DNA of 50,709 nt from Escherichia phage vojen. Below, one piece after another: positions 16,412-26,043 of this stretch. Location of the stretch: the sequence record NC_049824.1. One strand, written 5' to 3'. The notes under the pieces are model-generated. The model made no database searches, was not told the origin of the DNA, and worked only from the letters and a program-made list of their open reading frames with translations. How positions within the stretch are numbered: the first letter of the stretch is position 1; each line of letters opens with the position of its first letter. The position numbers and the translations under genes are program-made.

Positions 16412-17386
16412 ATGGAAAAAGAAAAATTTGATCAGCTAGATGCGGATATTGTTTCTAGCTATCTGGCTACTCGCGGCGTTAAAGGTGATGCGTCCGATAT
16501 GGGTATCTGGACGGCGCAAGAGCTTCACAAGATCCGCTCAACTGCTTACGAGAAAGAGTATCCGGCAGGTTCTGCGCTTCGTGTGTTCCCTGTAACTAAT
16601 GAGCTTTCTGATACTGATAAAACTTTTGAATACCAGATGTTTGATAAGGTTGGTTACGCAAAAATTATTGCTGATTACACCGACGACCTGCCGACCGTTG
16701 ACGCGCTGATGTCCAGCGAATTCGGTAAAGTGTTCCGCTTGGGTAACGCGTTCTTGATCTCAATTGACGAAATCAAGGCTGGTCAGCGCACTGGTAAGAG
16801 CCTTTCCACTCGCAAGGCAAACGCAGCGCAAAACGCTCATGATCAGGAAGTTAACCGCCTGGTGTTTAAGGGTTCAAAGCCGCATAAGATTCTTTCGGTG
16901 TTTGAACATCCTAACCTGACAAAGATCGTGTCTTCTGGCTGGTTAAGTGCTGATGAAAACACTAAGTTCCCGCAGTCAGCATCTGATGAACTGGAAAAGG
17001 CTATTGAAACCATTCAGACCATCACCAATGGTCAGCACCGCGCAACCAATATCCTGATTCCGCCGTCTATGCGCAAGGTTCTTTCCGTTCGAATGGAAAA
17101 CACCACTGAAAGTTATCTGGAATACTTCCAGAAACAAAACAGCGGAATCACCATCGACTCAATCGCAGAGCTTGAGGATATTGATGGCACTGGAACGAAA
17201 GGTTGTCTGGTATATGAGAAAGACCCAATGAATATGTCTATCGAAATTCCAGAAGCATTCAACATGCTTCCGGCGCAACCAAAAGATCTGCATTTCAAAG
17301 TTCCGTGCACTTCAAAATGTACTGGCCTGACGATTTACCGTCCGTTTACGCTAGTGCTTATTACTGGCTTGAAAAAATCAGGTTAA
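16412..17386 (+). CDS. major capsid protein
   Basis: 324-aa ORF with strong RBS, followed by a strong terminator; position in the head module. Confidence 0.65.
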   Translation: MEKEKFDQLDADIVSSYLATRGVKGDASDMGIWTAQELHKIRSTAYEKEYPAGSALRVFPVTNELSDTDKTFEYQMFDKVGYAKIIADYTDDLPTVDALMSSEFGKVFRLGNAFLISIDEIKAGQRTGKSLSTRKANAAQNAHDQEVNRLVFKGSKPHKILSVFEHPNLTKIVSSGWLSADENTKFPQSASDELEKAIETIQTITNGQHRATNILIPPSMRKVLSVRMENTTESYLEYFQKQNSGITIDSIAELEDIDGTGTKGCLVYEKDPMNMSIEIPEAFNMLPAQPKDLHFKVPCTSKCTGLTIYRPFTLVLITGLKKSG

Positions 17387-17398
17387 TCGTATAACATT

Positions 17399-17428
17399 GG
17401 GGAATCCTTAACTGGATTCCCTTTTTTA
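17399..17428 (+). terminator. Rho-independent terminator
   Basis: GGGGAATCC-TTAACT-GGATTCCC hairpin followed by TTTTTTATT. Confidence 0.85.
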
Positions 17429-17442
17429 TTGGAGGTTATGAA

Positions 17443-17715
17443 ATGGCTAAAGAAAAAACTGTAACGCTAAAGGTTTCCGGCGTATGCCTTATCATTGTTG
17501 ATGGTGAGCATTATCATCCAGGCAAAGAGTTTGACGTAGAAGAATCAAAGTTGAAAACAAGCGCGTTTGAATATCTAATTGCAAAAGGCGATCTGGAGGT
17601 TAAAGATAACTCCGCATTGAACGAAGAAATCAAACAGAGCGCAGCAAGCAAACGTAAAAAAGACCCGCGAGAGGGTAAGAGCAAGGCCGAACTCGAAGAC
17701 GGCGGCATCTATTAA
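17443..17715 (+). CDS. hypothetical structural protein (90 aa)
   Basis: ORF with GGAGG RBS downstream of the capsid gene. Confidence 0.5.
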   Translation: MAKEKTVTLKVSGVCLIIVDGEHYHPGKEFDVEESKLKTSAFEYLIAKGDLEVKDNSALNEEIKQSAASKRKKDPREGKSKAELEDGGIY

Positions 17716-17762
17716 TAAAGAGGGCGCTATAAGCGCCCTTTGTCATATCTGGAGGAAATAAA

Positions 17763-18179
17763 ATGGTTGATGAATTTTTCACTGACGCAGAAATCACGCA
17801 GCAAATCGTGAAATTGGCGCCACCGATGAAGCAGATTGATCCAGATTTAATGGCGGCATGGATTGATCTTGCAAAGGAATTTGTTTGCAAGAAGCGGTTT
17901 AAAGAATCATATCCCAAAGCGGTTGCTCTTTATACGTTGCACCTTATGACGCTTGACGGAGCAATGAAGCAAGAAGGGGAAAGCGTAGAGAGTTACTCGC
18001 GGCGCGTGGCGTCATTTTCCCTGACTGGTGAATTTAGCCAGACTTTTGATCGAGTGTCAGGCGACTATGGCGGAAAAGAGATCAGGCAAACTCCGTGGGG
18101 TAAAATGTATGAAACGTTAAATCGCAAAAAAGGCGGCGGATTTGGCCTTGTGACTGGATTTAGGAGACGTTGCAAATGA
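17763..18179 (+). CDS. putative head-tail connector / adaptor
   Basis: Position and size in the neck region; GGAGGAAA RBS. Confidence 0.4.
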   Translation: MVDEFFTDAEITQQIVKLAPPMKQIDPDLMAAWIDLAKEFVCKKRFKESYPKAVALYTLHLMTLDGAMKQEGESVESYSRRVASFSLTGEFSQTFDRVSGDYGGKEIRQTPWGKMYETLNRKKGGGFGLVTGFRRRCK

Positions 18180-18547
18180 ACTATAACGAGATCGCAAGAA
18201 TGGCAACTGAAGGAATAAACTTCTTCAGTGATGGCAACGGTGAGTTTAAGTGCATAACGCAGCGAGGAAGCGTTGAAATCGTCGGAGGTGAAGAAGTAGA
18301 AAAGCCAGAGATTAGCGTAATGATTAAAGGTTTAATTCGATCCCCAAAATTACGCGAGGTTGACGGCGAGGCAATACGAGTAACCGATAAGTTGGGAGTT
18401 TTTAACAATAAAGTTGAAATTAAGAACGGGTATCATATTGATGTTGATGGTGAATTATATGTTGTAGTTGAAGCAAGACCAATCAGACAAACCAATGTCA
18501 CTGTTGCTTATCGGCCTATTTTGAGAAGGATTTCCGTACATGGCTAA
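18176..18547 (+). CDS. putative head closure / neck protein
   Basis: ATGA overlap with upstream gene; GGAGA RBS. Confidence 0.4.
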   Translation: MNYNEIARMATEGINFFSDGNGEFKCITQRGSVEIVGGEEVEKPEISVMIKGLIRSPKLREVDGEAIRVTDKLGVFNNKVEIKNGYHIDVDGELYVVVEARPIRQTNVTVAYRPILRRISVHG

Positions 18548-18983
18548 AAACTACACGATAAGGGAATTTCACGGCAACATTGATGCGTGGATAAATGCCG
18601 TTGATAGTGGACTAAAAGATTGCGTGGAGTTGTTCGCCGAAAAAGTACACACAGATTTGGTTAAGCGTTCTCCGGTAGATACTGGTCGTTACCGTGCAAA
18701 CTGGCAGGTAACAGCAAACAAGCCGCCATTGTATGCGCTTAATCAGTACGATAAGCACGGAGACAAAACTATCGCGGAAGGTAAGCGAGCCATATACGCA
18801 ATGTTACGAGGTGGCGGCGCAGTAAGGGCCATTTATTTTTCAAATATGCTTATTTACGCTAACGCGCTTGAGTACGGTCATTCAAAACAAGCGCCAGCGG
18901 GTGTACTTGGGATTGTCGCGGTTAAGTTGAGATCTTATATGGCTGAAGCAATAAAAGAGTCGAGGGCTAAAAATGCACTATGA
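18540..18983 (+). CDS. putative neck protein (HK97 gp10-like)
   Basis: Contains TGRYRANWQ-like segment; overlapping start. Confidence 0.4.
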   Translation: MAKNYTIREFHGNIDAWINAVDSGLKDCVELFAEKVHTDLVKRSPVDTGRYRANWQVTANKPPLYALNQYDKHGDKTIAEGKRAIYAMLRGGGAVRAIYFSNMLIYANALEYGHSKQAPAGVLGIVAVKLRSYMAEAIKESRAKNAL

Positions 18984-19371
18984 ATTAATGCTATCGGCGC
19001 GTAAGGCGCTGGCGACTGAATACGAAAGCAGATTCAAGATCGCTTATGAAAACGTAGAGTTTACGCCACCTGGTGACGGTTCTCCGTGGTTGAAGTTTGA
19101 CTATGCCGAAGTTGATACAGAATACTTGTCATTGGATCGAAAATGCGTTTCCTATATCGGAATGATTCAGGTTGGCATTGTGTTTCCACCAGGTTACGGA
19201 ACTGACAGGCCGCGCGTTCTCGCTAAAGAGATTGCGCAATTCTTTTACGATGGTAAAATGTTGGAGCATGGTTATATATATGAGGGTGCAAGAGTTCACA
19301 AGCCGCTCAAGAGTGAAAGCGGATGGCTTCTCCCAATAAGATTTTATGTTCGAATTGAAACAAAGGAGTAA
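18973..19371 (+). CDS. putative tail terminator / completion protein
   Basis: 132-aa ORF immediately upstream of the major tail protein gene. Confidence 0.4.
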   Translation: MHYELMLSARKALATEYESRFKIAYENVEFTPPGDGSPWLKFDYAEVDTEYLSLDRKCVSYIGMIQVGIVFPPGYGTDRPRVLAKEIAQFFYDGKMLEHGYIYEGARVHKPLKSESGWLLPIRFYVRIETKE

Positions 19372-19376
19372 AAATT

Positions 19377-20039
19377 ATGCATTTACCAAATGGATCGCAA
19401 ATTTTCGTTGAGAGCAATCGCGGAGACGCTATTGAAGCAACGGCAGTATCAAACGCTAAAGATCCTGTATTCACCGTTGCATCTGGCGGCACTGCGTACA
19501 AGAAAGGTGATTATGTGATCATCACTGCGTCTTCTTGGGGCAAGCTGATTGATCGTGTTATGCGTGTAAAGGCTAACGGTGAAGAAACAAGCGTGACTCT
19601 TGAAGGTGTAGATACTACTGATCAGAACGTTTTTCCGTCTGGCGGTACTGCATCTTTTGCCAAAATTGATGCATGGACTGAGATCCCTTGCGTTCAAGAT
19701 TTGTCGCAGGACGGCGGCGAACAGCAATACTACACTTATCAGTGTTTGGCAGACGATCAGGAACAGCAGTTACCTACCTATAAGAGCGCCGTTTCTCTTA
19801 CCTACACTTTTGCGCACGAATACGATAACGCGATCTATCCGTTACTTCGTGCAGCAGATGAATCCGGCGCTGTAACGGCGCTTCGTATGTATGTACCAAA
19901 AGCAAAAGAGATGCGTTGCTGGGCTGGTGTACTTTCATTTAACGAGATCCCACAAACGACCGTTAACGAAATGGAAACCGTTTCCCTGTCTGTATCCCTG
20001 AAAGGTCGATTCACCTTCCTACCTTCTCAAGTAGCATAA
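19377..20039 (+). CDS. major tail protein
   Basis: 220-aa ORF upstream of the G/GT chaperones and tape measure, followed by a strong terminator. Confidence 0.65.
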   Translation: MHLPNGSQIFVESNRGDAIEATAVSNAKDPVFTVASGGTAYKKGDYVIITASSWGKLIDRVMRVKANGEETSVTLEGVDTTDQNVFPSGGTASFAKIDAWTEIPCVQDLSQDGGEQQYYTYQCLADDQEQQLPTYKSAVSLTYTFAHEYDNAIYPLLRAADESGAVTALRMYVPKAKEMRCWAGVLSFNEIPQTTVNEMETVSLSVSLKGRFTFLPSQVA

Positions 20040-20045
20040 TCACAA

Positions 20046-20067
20046 GGGGCGTTGCGCCCCTTTTTTT
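20046..20067 (+). terminator. Rho-independent terminator
   Basis: GGGGCG-TTG-CGCCCC hairpin followed by TTTTTTT. Confidence 0.85.
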
Positions 20068-20106
20068 GTTACTGTACAATCAAGCTACACGATTCATAAT
20101 CAATTC

Positions 20107-20125
20107 TTTTAACAAAAAGTGCTAT
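20107..20125 (-). promoter_or_regulatory. Conserved element, inverted relative to the downstream plus-strand gene
   Basis: Plus strand reads TTTTAACAAAAAGTGCTAT immediately before the RBS of the tail chaperone gene. Confidence 0.45.
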
Positions 20126-20138
20126 CAAGGAGAAAGAA

Positions 20139-20456
20139 ATGTCAAAAATGAAATTGACGATTGGGCCGCTTCCTGACTTTAAATTACCAGTGAAATTTGC
20201 AATTCCTAACGGAGAAGATCAAACAATTATCTTCACAGTTCGCCACCGCAAAACAAGTGAGATTCACGAGCGCTACACGTCAGATACTCCAATGAGCGAT
20301 GTTGAAATGATCACCTTCCTTGCTTCCGGTTGGAATCTTGATGATGAATTTAACGAAGAAAATATTAAACAGCTTCTTGATTACTACCCAGCGACAGCAA
20401 TCGGATTAACTAGCGCATACATGAAAGCGCTTGCGGGGCAGCGAGTAAAAAACTAA
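20139..20456 (+). CDS. tail assembly chaperone (gpG-like)
   Basis: 105-aa ORF between major tail and tape measure; ends at slippery A_AAA_AAC. Confidence 0.6.
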   Translation: MSKMKLTIGPLPDFKLPVKFAIPNGEDQTIIFTVRHRKTSEIHERYTSDTPMSDVEMITFLASGWNLDDEFNEENIKQLLDYYPATAIGLTSAYMKALAGQRVKN

Positions 20457-20767
20457 AAAGGGCGGTTTACCTGTTTTATCAGAAACCGCCGACAGATGCA
20501 GAGCTTGAGGCCGTTGGCCTTACAAGGGCAGACTATGAAGGAGAAGATCCGCCAGAGGTTATATTTGATGAAAGCATGATGCAATCATGGGATATATTTT
20601 GCGCAATGCAAACGCAATGGAGATGTTCTGGCGGTGGCGCTTACGGATTTGATTATAATGTCTTGCCTATGCTTTTTGAGATTTACAAGGTTGAGGATCG
20701 CGAGATGGCGCTAAACGACTTGCGAATCATGGAGCAAAAAGCACTTGAAATGATGCATTCAAAATAA
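20139..20767 (+). CDS. tail assembly chaperone GT fusion via programmed -1 frameshift
   Basis: Slippery heptamer AAAAAAC at 20447-20453; the -1 frame is open through to the 20576..20767 ORF. Confidence 0.5.
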
Positions 20768-20789
20768 GCGCCTACGGGCGCTTTTTTAT
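20767..20789 (+). terminator. Rho-independent terminator
   Basis: AGCGCC-TACG-GGCGCT hairpin followed by TTTTTTATT. Confidence 0.75.
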
Positions 20790-20806
20790 TACCTGGAGGA
20801 TTAATA

Positions 20807-23479
20807 ATGTCAGAACAATACGCAGGCTTGACGCTTGGGGTTGACGTTTCTCAACTCAACAATGCTGTAAAGTCTTTGCAGCAATTCAAGAAGGCAAACG
20901 ACGACGCAAAGGGAAGCGTTGAGAGTTTTGTTGATTCAGAGGTTGTTGCAAGACAAAGAGCCAAACAACTTGCTGAGGAATTGGCAAAGCAGAAGCAAGA
21001 ATTTAAAGCAATTCAGTCGGCAATAGATCCGACAGCAAGCAAAATGGATAAGTTGCGCCAGGCTGCGACACAGCTTGATGCGCTTTGGAAAAAAGGAATT
21101 GTTCCTGATGACACATTCTTTGAGTTAGGATCAATTCTTGAGACGCAGCAAAATAAACTGATCGCAACTAAAAAGGCGCTAACTGAAGAAGGCCGCGCGG
21201 CTCTTGAGGAAGCAAAAAATAAGGCAAGAGCAGAGGCTGAGGCAAGAAAGTTCATTGCGGCATTGCAGGCGCAAGCTGACGCAGCGGAAAAAACAAAGTC
21301 AGAGCTTGTCGAAATGAGAGCCGCACAACTTGGAGTTAGTGCAGAGGCCGCGCCATTTATTGCAAAAATGAAGGAGCAGGAAAAACAAGCCTCAAAACTT
21401 GGCGTTTCTATGGGGCAGTACAAGCAAGCAATGGCGCAATTGCCAATGCAGATCACTGACGTTGTTACTTCTCTTGCTTCAGGAATGCCAGTATGGATGA
21501 TCGCAATCCAGCAGGGCGGGCAAATCAAGGACTCATTCGGCGGTGTTGCTAATACGTTTAAAGCGCTAATGACATTTGTCACGCCTTTAAGTGTAGGGAT
21601 GACGGCGCTGACTGGTGCTCTTGGTTATGCTGCATATAATGCATACAAAGCAAATGCACAACTGAAGGAGATCACAAAAACCGTTCAGGAGGCAACTGGT
21701 CTTTCAGGTGAGTTTGCAGAGCGGATCGCAACTGGAATCCAGGCGCTATCTGACAAGACAGGTGAGAGCGCCGATAATCTGGCAAAGGCATACATAAGCA
21801 CTAAGGATGGAGCAACCGAGGCCATACAAAAACTCGTCGATGTTGGGTTTACCTATGACGAAGCAAAGGTAAAGGTAAACGAATACAAGAATGCATCAAG
21901 TTTTGTAAGTCTCAACAATGAGATTGCTGATCACAAAAACAAGGTTCTTGAGCTTGGCGATTCGTGGTATGAAGTCTTAAAAGCGAAGAATGATTATGCT
22001 TCACCGTCCGGCGGGCTGTTGGGGAAAGAGCTTGGTTATGTAAATCCTATGCTGCAATTTGCGAAGAACACCTATGAGGATATAGGAAAGATTGTAAAAG
22101 ATGCGAATAAGGATATGGCGGAACGAGCAGCACGCATCGACAGAGAAAACCTTTCCTTAAACAGAGTTCGAGCGGCGCAAGAGGCTTTAAACAAAGCCAT
22201 AGAGGATCAGAAGAACGTAGCAAGGACAGCAGACGAAGAGTTGAAAAAGCGCGCGGCTGAGAACGTGGAGTTCAGGCGAAAAGAGCTTGAAGAGGCGAAG
22301 AAGGCGCAGCAGCAAAAGGAAAAAGTTGGTGGAGTTGTAAAAGCACCAACAGAGCAGCTTGATAAGGAGCTATATGTTCTCAAGGCGCAACTTGAAACGC
22401 TGAAAGAGCACCGAACTGTAAATGATGTTATTTCACGCCAGAGGCAATCTTTGTGGAGCATTGAAAAGCAGATCCAGATCCTGGAGGAAGCGCAAAGCAA
22501 ACGCAAGCTGACAAAGGCTGAACAGGCGTTACTAAACGAGCAAAAAGCAGTTATTGCTATGGCAAAAGAAAAGGCCGAGATAGGCGATCAGATTGTTTTG
22601 CAACAAAGAAAGAACAAGCAATACCAGGAAGGGCTTAAATTCATTCAGCAAACATCAGATGCTATTGACGCTATGAACTTGCGACAGTCTGGAGCTACAG
22701 ATCTGCAAATCCAGCGAGAGCTTGAGTTGAAGAAGTTGCGAACTGATTATGTTGCTGGCGGCGGTAGTATCGACGATGAAATTTATCAGCAGATGGAAGC
22801 AAAGCTGAAAGAGTATTACGCAACTGAGGATCAACTTAGAAATAACTGGATTGCAGGAGCAAAAAACGCATGGGAGGTTTACGGACAAGATGCAATGGAT
22901 ATGTACGGCAACGTGCAAGATATTGCAAGCGAGGCGCTCAACGGTCTAACCAACCAAATGGCTACATTCCTTGCAACAGGCAAGGCAAACTTTAAGAGCT
23001 TCGCAACGTCAATCATCCAAATGATTATCCAGATGATCACGAAGATGGTTATCTTTAATGCCATATCTGGTGCGATTGGAGGTGACACTTGGACGATTGG
23101 AAGCCTTCTTAAAAATGTTGGATTTGCAACTGGTGGATACACTGGCGACGGCGGGAAGTATGAGCCAGCAGGTGTTGTTCATAAAGGCGAGTTTGTCATG
23201 ACGAAGGAGGCCACGAAGCGGATCGGAGTTGGAAACCTTTACAAAATGATGCGCGGTTATGCAAATGGCGGCGTTGTTGGCGGCACTTCATACACTGGCG
23301 GCGGCGTTTCATCAGGAGCAACAAACCTTAATATTGGTGGGATTAGCGTTGATATTAACAACGGAAACGATCCGAAGGGGTTAGAGACTGGCGTAAAAAT
23401 GATTTTCACTGATATGATTAAGCGTTCCTGTACGCAGGGTGGGGAAGTTTACGAATTTGTTATGTCTAAGCGGGGGTGA
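20807..23479 (+). CDS. tail tape measure protein
   Basis: 890 aa; extended Ala/Lys/Glu/Gln-rich coiled-coil-like sequence; hydrophobic and Gly-rich C-terminal region. Confidence 0.85.
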   Translation: MSEQYAGLTLGVDVSQLNNAVKSLQQFKKANDDAKGSVESFVDSEVVARQRAKQLAEELAKQKQEFKAIQSAIDPTASKMDKLRQAATQLDALWKKGIVPDDTFFELGSILETQQNKLIATKKALTEEGRAALEEAKNKARAEAEARKFIAALQAQADAAEKTKSELVEMRAAQLGVSAEAAPFIAKMKEQEKQASKLGVSMGQYKQAMAQLPMQITDVVTSLASGMPVWMIAIQQGGQIKDSFGGVANTFKALMTFVTPLSVGMTALTGALGYAAYNAYKANAQLKEITKTVQEATGLSGEFAERIATGIQALSDKTGESADNLAKAYISTKDGATEAIQKLVDVGFTYDEAKVKVNEYKNASSFVSLNNEIADHKNKVLELGDSWYEVLKAKNDYASPSGGLLGKELGYVNPMLQFAKNTYEDIGKIVKDANKDMAERAARIDRENLSLNRVRAAQEALNKAIEDQKNVARTADEELKKRAAENVEFRRKELEEAKKAQQQKEKVGGVVKAPTEQLDKELYVLKAQLETLKEHRTVNDVISRQRQSLWSIEKQIQILEEAQSKRKLTKAEQALLNEQKAVIAMAKEKAEIGDQIVLQQRKNKQYQEGLKFIQQTSDAIDAMNLRQSGATDLQIQRELELKKLRTDYVAGGGSIDDEIYQQMEAKLKEYYATEDQLRNNWIAGAKNAWEVYGQDAMDMYGNVQDIASEALNGLTNQMATFLATGKANFKSFATSIIQMIIQMITKMVIFNAISGAIGGDTWTIGSLLKNVGFATGGYTGDGGKYEPAGVVHKGEFVMTKEATKRIGVGNLYKMMRGYANGGVVGGTSYTGGGVSSGATNLNIGGISVDINNGNDPKGLETGVKMIFTDMIKRSCTQGGEVYEFVMSKRG

Positions 23480-23535
23480 TAGTGAAACTTGAGCAATTCA
23501 AATGGTGCACGCAAACGCAAGGAGGCGGAGGCACT

Positions 23536-23832
23536 ATGACCACATCAAATAACGACAGGGAAATCTCATTTGGTAATGGTTACACGCAGGTTGCTTCAGG
23601 AGGGTTTAACACGGTACGCAGGGAGTTTTCCATTGTCTATGTTGGCAAGGATTACAGAGACGTTGTTGACTTCCTGAATGGACACAGGCTGAAGCCGTTT
23701 TTATGGTTTATGCCTGACGGTCAACCTGGTCTATTCAGGGTAAAATCTGGTAGCGTTGGATTAACTCCAATATCAGCAACCGTTCAGGAAGTGAAAGCAA
23801 CATTTACTGAGCAATTTACATCAATGCAATAA
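23536..23832 (+). CDS. minor tail protein (lambda gpM-like)
   Basis: Start moved to ATG with GGAGG RBS; ~98 aa, first gene after tape measure. Confidence 0.55.
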   Translation: MTTSNNDREISFGNGYTQVASGGFNTVRREFSIVYVGKDYRDVVDFLNGHRLKPFLWFMPDGQPGLFRVKSGSVGLTPISATVQEVKATFTEQFTSMQ

Positions 23833-23835
23833 TTC

Positions 23836-23860
23836 AAGCCGCCTTTGTGCGGCTTTTTTA
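23836..23860 (+). terminator. Rho-independent terminator
   Basis: AAGCCGC-CTTTGT-GCGGCTT hairpin followed by TTTTTTATT. Confidence 0.75.
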
Positions 23861-23893
23861 TTGATGATACAATGCACGAAAGGAGGTGCAATT

Positions 23894-24655
23894 ATGGCTA
23901 ATGAAACAACAGGTCGCGCGGATCTTGAAAATTGTCTGCAAAGCCTTTACCCTGGCGAGATTATCACGCTAATTGAAATTGACGGCACAAAGTTTGGCGC
24001 AAACATTTACCGCATACACAATGAGAACATCTCATACACTGCGGAAGAATTATTGCAGGCGCGAGAAACTGGAGTTCTTCCGCCTAAAGAGATTACATTC
24101 CGTGGTGAGGTTTACGGCGCGCGCCCGTTCGGAATATCTGGAATCAACTTCACAAGCAACGGAAAGGCTGATAAGCCACAATTGATACTATCAAACCTTG
24201 ACAGCCAGGTGAGCGCGATGATTCGCAACTTTAACGGCATGATGCAAGCTAAGGTTACAATCTGGATTACGCCAGCGGAATTAATGGGGAAAGATGGCAG
24301 CATTAAAGATGGAGCTTCAAGAAAGCTGGTTTACTACATTGAGCGCCCAAGCCATTACAATAGAATGATGGCGAAATTTGACCTGACATCGCCTTATGAT
24401 ATGGATGGAATAATGATTCCTCCGCGAATAACTCAAAGCGTTTGTTATTGGGCGCAGCGTGGATGGTATCGCAGCGGAAAAGGTTGCGGATACAATGGAT
24501 CGCGAATGTTTGACAAAGACAATAATCCTGTGACAGATCCATCTCAAGACTTTTGCGCAGGAACTGTAACAGCGTGCAAACTTCGTTTTGGTGCAGATCA
24601 GCAGCTTGATTTTGGCGGTGCACCAGTAGCAAGCCTGTTAAGGAGAAATCAGTGA
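23894..24655 (+). CDS. minor tail protein (lambda gpL-like)
   Basis: Start at ATG with AGGAGG RBS; four C-terminal cysteines as in gpL-type proteins. Confidence 0.6.
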   Translation: MANETTGRADLENCLQSLYPGEIITLIEIDGTKFGANIYRIHNENISYTAEELLQARETGVLPPKEITFRGEVYGARPFGISGINFTSNGKADKPQLILSNLDSQVSAMIRNFNGMMQAKVTIWITPAELMGKDGSIKDGASRKLVYYIERPSHYNRMMAKFDLTSPYDMDGIMIPPRITQSVCYWAQRGWYRSGKGCGYNGSRMFDKDNNPVTDPSQDFCAGTVTACKLRFGADQQLDFGGAPVASLLRRNQ

Positions 24656-25386
24656 TGATTAGTGCAAAAATAAAACTTGAAATAATGCAGCACGTAAAAG
24701 ATGAATACCCGCGCGAGGCGTGCGGTGTTATCACTCAAAAATCACGCGTGCAAAAATACCACCGCATAACCAACGTGCATGATGATCCTGAAAACCATTT
24801 TGAGATGGACGCAATTGAATACGTTGAGGCGTGTGAAAGTGGCGAGCTTATTGCTGTTGTGCATAGCCACACTGGAGACGGGGCAAGTACAATTCCAAGC
24901 GCCCATGATACATGCATGTGTGATGAAATGGGTGTTTCATGGGTTATTGTGTCATGGCCCGAAGGTGATATGAGAATCATTGAGCCTGAATCTCGTCCTC
25001 TGATTGGTCGCCCGTGGTCGCTTGGGGCGTATGATTGCTGGGGGCTTATTATGGCATGGCACAAGCAACATGGCGTTATCCTGAATGATTTCAGGAAACC
25101 ATATGAATGGTGGAAGCCTGAGCACGGCGAAAATCTTTACCAGGAAAATTATCTGAAAGAGGGGTTTGTTGAAACAGGAGAGCCGCCAAAACCTGGTGAT
25201 ATGGTTATCTTTCAGCTTTCCGCGCCAGTGTGGAATCATGCAGGCATTTATCTTGGCAACAATCAATTGCTTCATCATGCCTTTGGTAAGTTGTCAAGGG
25301 TTGATTTGTATTCTGGATGGTATCAGGAACATGCAAAAATGGTTTGTAGACATAAGGATCTGAAATATGACTTTGAAGGTAATTAA
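24652..25386 (+). CDS. tail assembly protein K-like (JAMM/MPN + NlpC/P60-like)
   Basis: HSHTGDGASTIPSAHD JAMM-like motif; conserved Cys and His downstream; position after gpL. Confidence 0.7.
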   Translation: MMISAKIKLEIMQHVKDEYPREACGVITQKSRVQKYHRITNVHDDPENHFEMDAIEYVEACESGELIAVVHSHTGDGASTIPSAHDTCMCDEMGVSWVIVSWPEGDMRIIEPESRPLIGRPWSLGAYDCWGLIMAWHKQHGVILNDFRKPYEWWKPEHGENLYQENYLKEGFVETGEPPKPGDMVIFQLSAPVWNHAGIYLGNNQLLHHAFGKLSRVDLYSGWYQEHAKMVCRHKDLKYDFEGN

Positions 25387-25963
25387 ATTATCTGGATCTT
25401 TAGGCCGAAGATTTGGAGTATTTCATAAGCTTGCTGTTGATTCATACCCAGAAGCAATACGCGCACTATCTTCGCAGGTGGAAGGATTCAAGGACTACAT
25501 GCAAAGCGAAGTAGGATCGCGAATGCGTTATGCTGTATTTGTTGACGGTAATAATGTAGGACAGCACGATGAAAAAGCGTGGCAATGCGCAAAGGAAGTG
25601 AGGATTATTCCAATCCCAACAGGTTCAAAGTCTGGCGGGTTGTTTCAGGTTGTTCTTGGCGCGGTTATTATGGCGACTGCATTTTTCACTGGCGGCTCCT
25701 CACTTGCTTTGATGGGCGCTTTTGCATCGTCTGCTTTCATGATGGGGGGTGCTATGGTGCTTGGCGGCGTAATGCAAATGATTTCACCGCAGCAAGGCGG
25801 ATCAAGATTGTCCTCACAGTCAGCAGAAAACAAGCCGTCTTATGCTTTCGGTGGCGCTGTTAACACAACGGCAGCAGGATACCCAATACCATTGCCATAT
25901 GGTCAAAGGACCGTAGGCGGAGCTATCTGGTCGGCTGGCAGCTATGCAGAGGATAAGGCTTAA
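25367..25963 (+). CDS. tail assembly protein I-like
   Basis: Overlaps gpK end; Gly/Ala-rich hydrophobic C-terminal half; position before gpJ. Confidence 0.6.
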   Translation: MTLKVIKLSGSLGRRFGVFHKLAVDSYPEAIRALSSQVEGFKDYMQSEVGSRMRYAVFVDGNNVGQHDEKAWQCAKEVRIIPIPTGSKSGGLFQVVLGAVIMATAFFTGGSSLALMGAFASSAFMMGGAMVLGGVMQMISPQQGGSRLSSQSAENKPSYAFGGAVNTTAAGYPIPLPYGQRTVGGAIWSAGSYAEDKA

Positions 25964-25970
25964 TATAAAA

Positions 25971-26000
25971 GAGTCGCGCGTTGCGCGGCTTTTTTTTTGC
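25971..26000 (+). terminator. Rho-independent terminator
   Basis: GC-rich hairpin (GTCGCGCG...GCGCGGC) followed by nine T. Confidence 0.7.
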
Positions 26001-26043
26001 CCGTATAATTCAACAAATCAAATAGCACAAAAGGTGAAAAAGC

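Noticed and set aside
21013-23142. Minus-strand ORFs nested inside the tape measure gene (21013..21582, 22207..22506, 22655..22918, 22879..23142)
   Set aside because: They are antisense to a long, well-supported gene and have no RBS; the Ala/Ser/Cys-rich translations are typical of the reverse frame of an Ala/Lys/Glu-rich gene.
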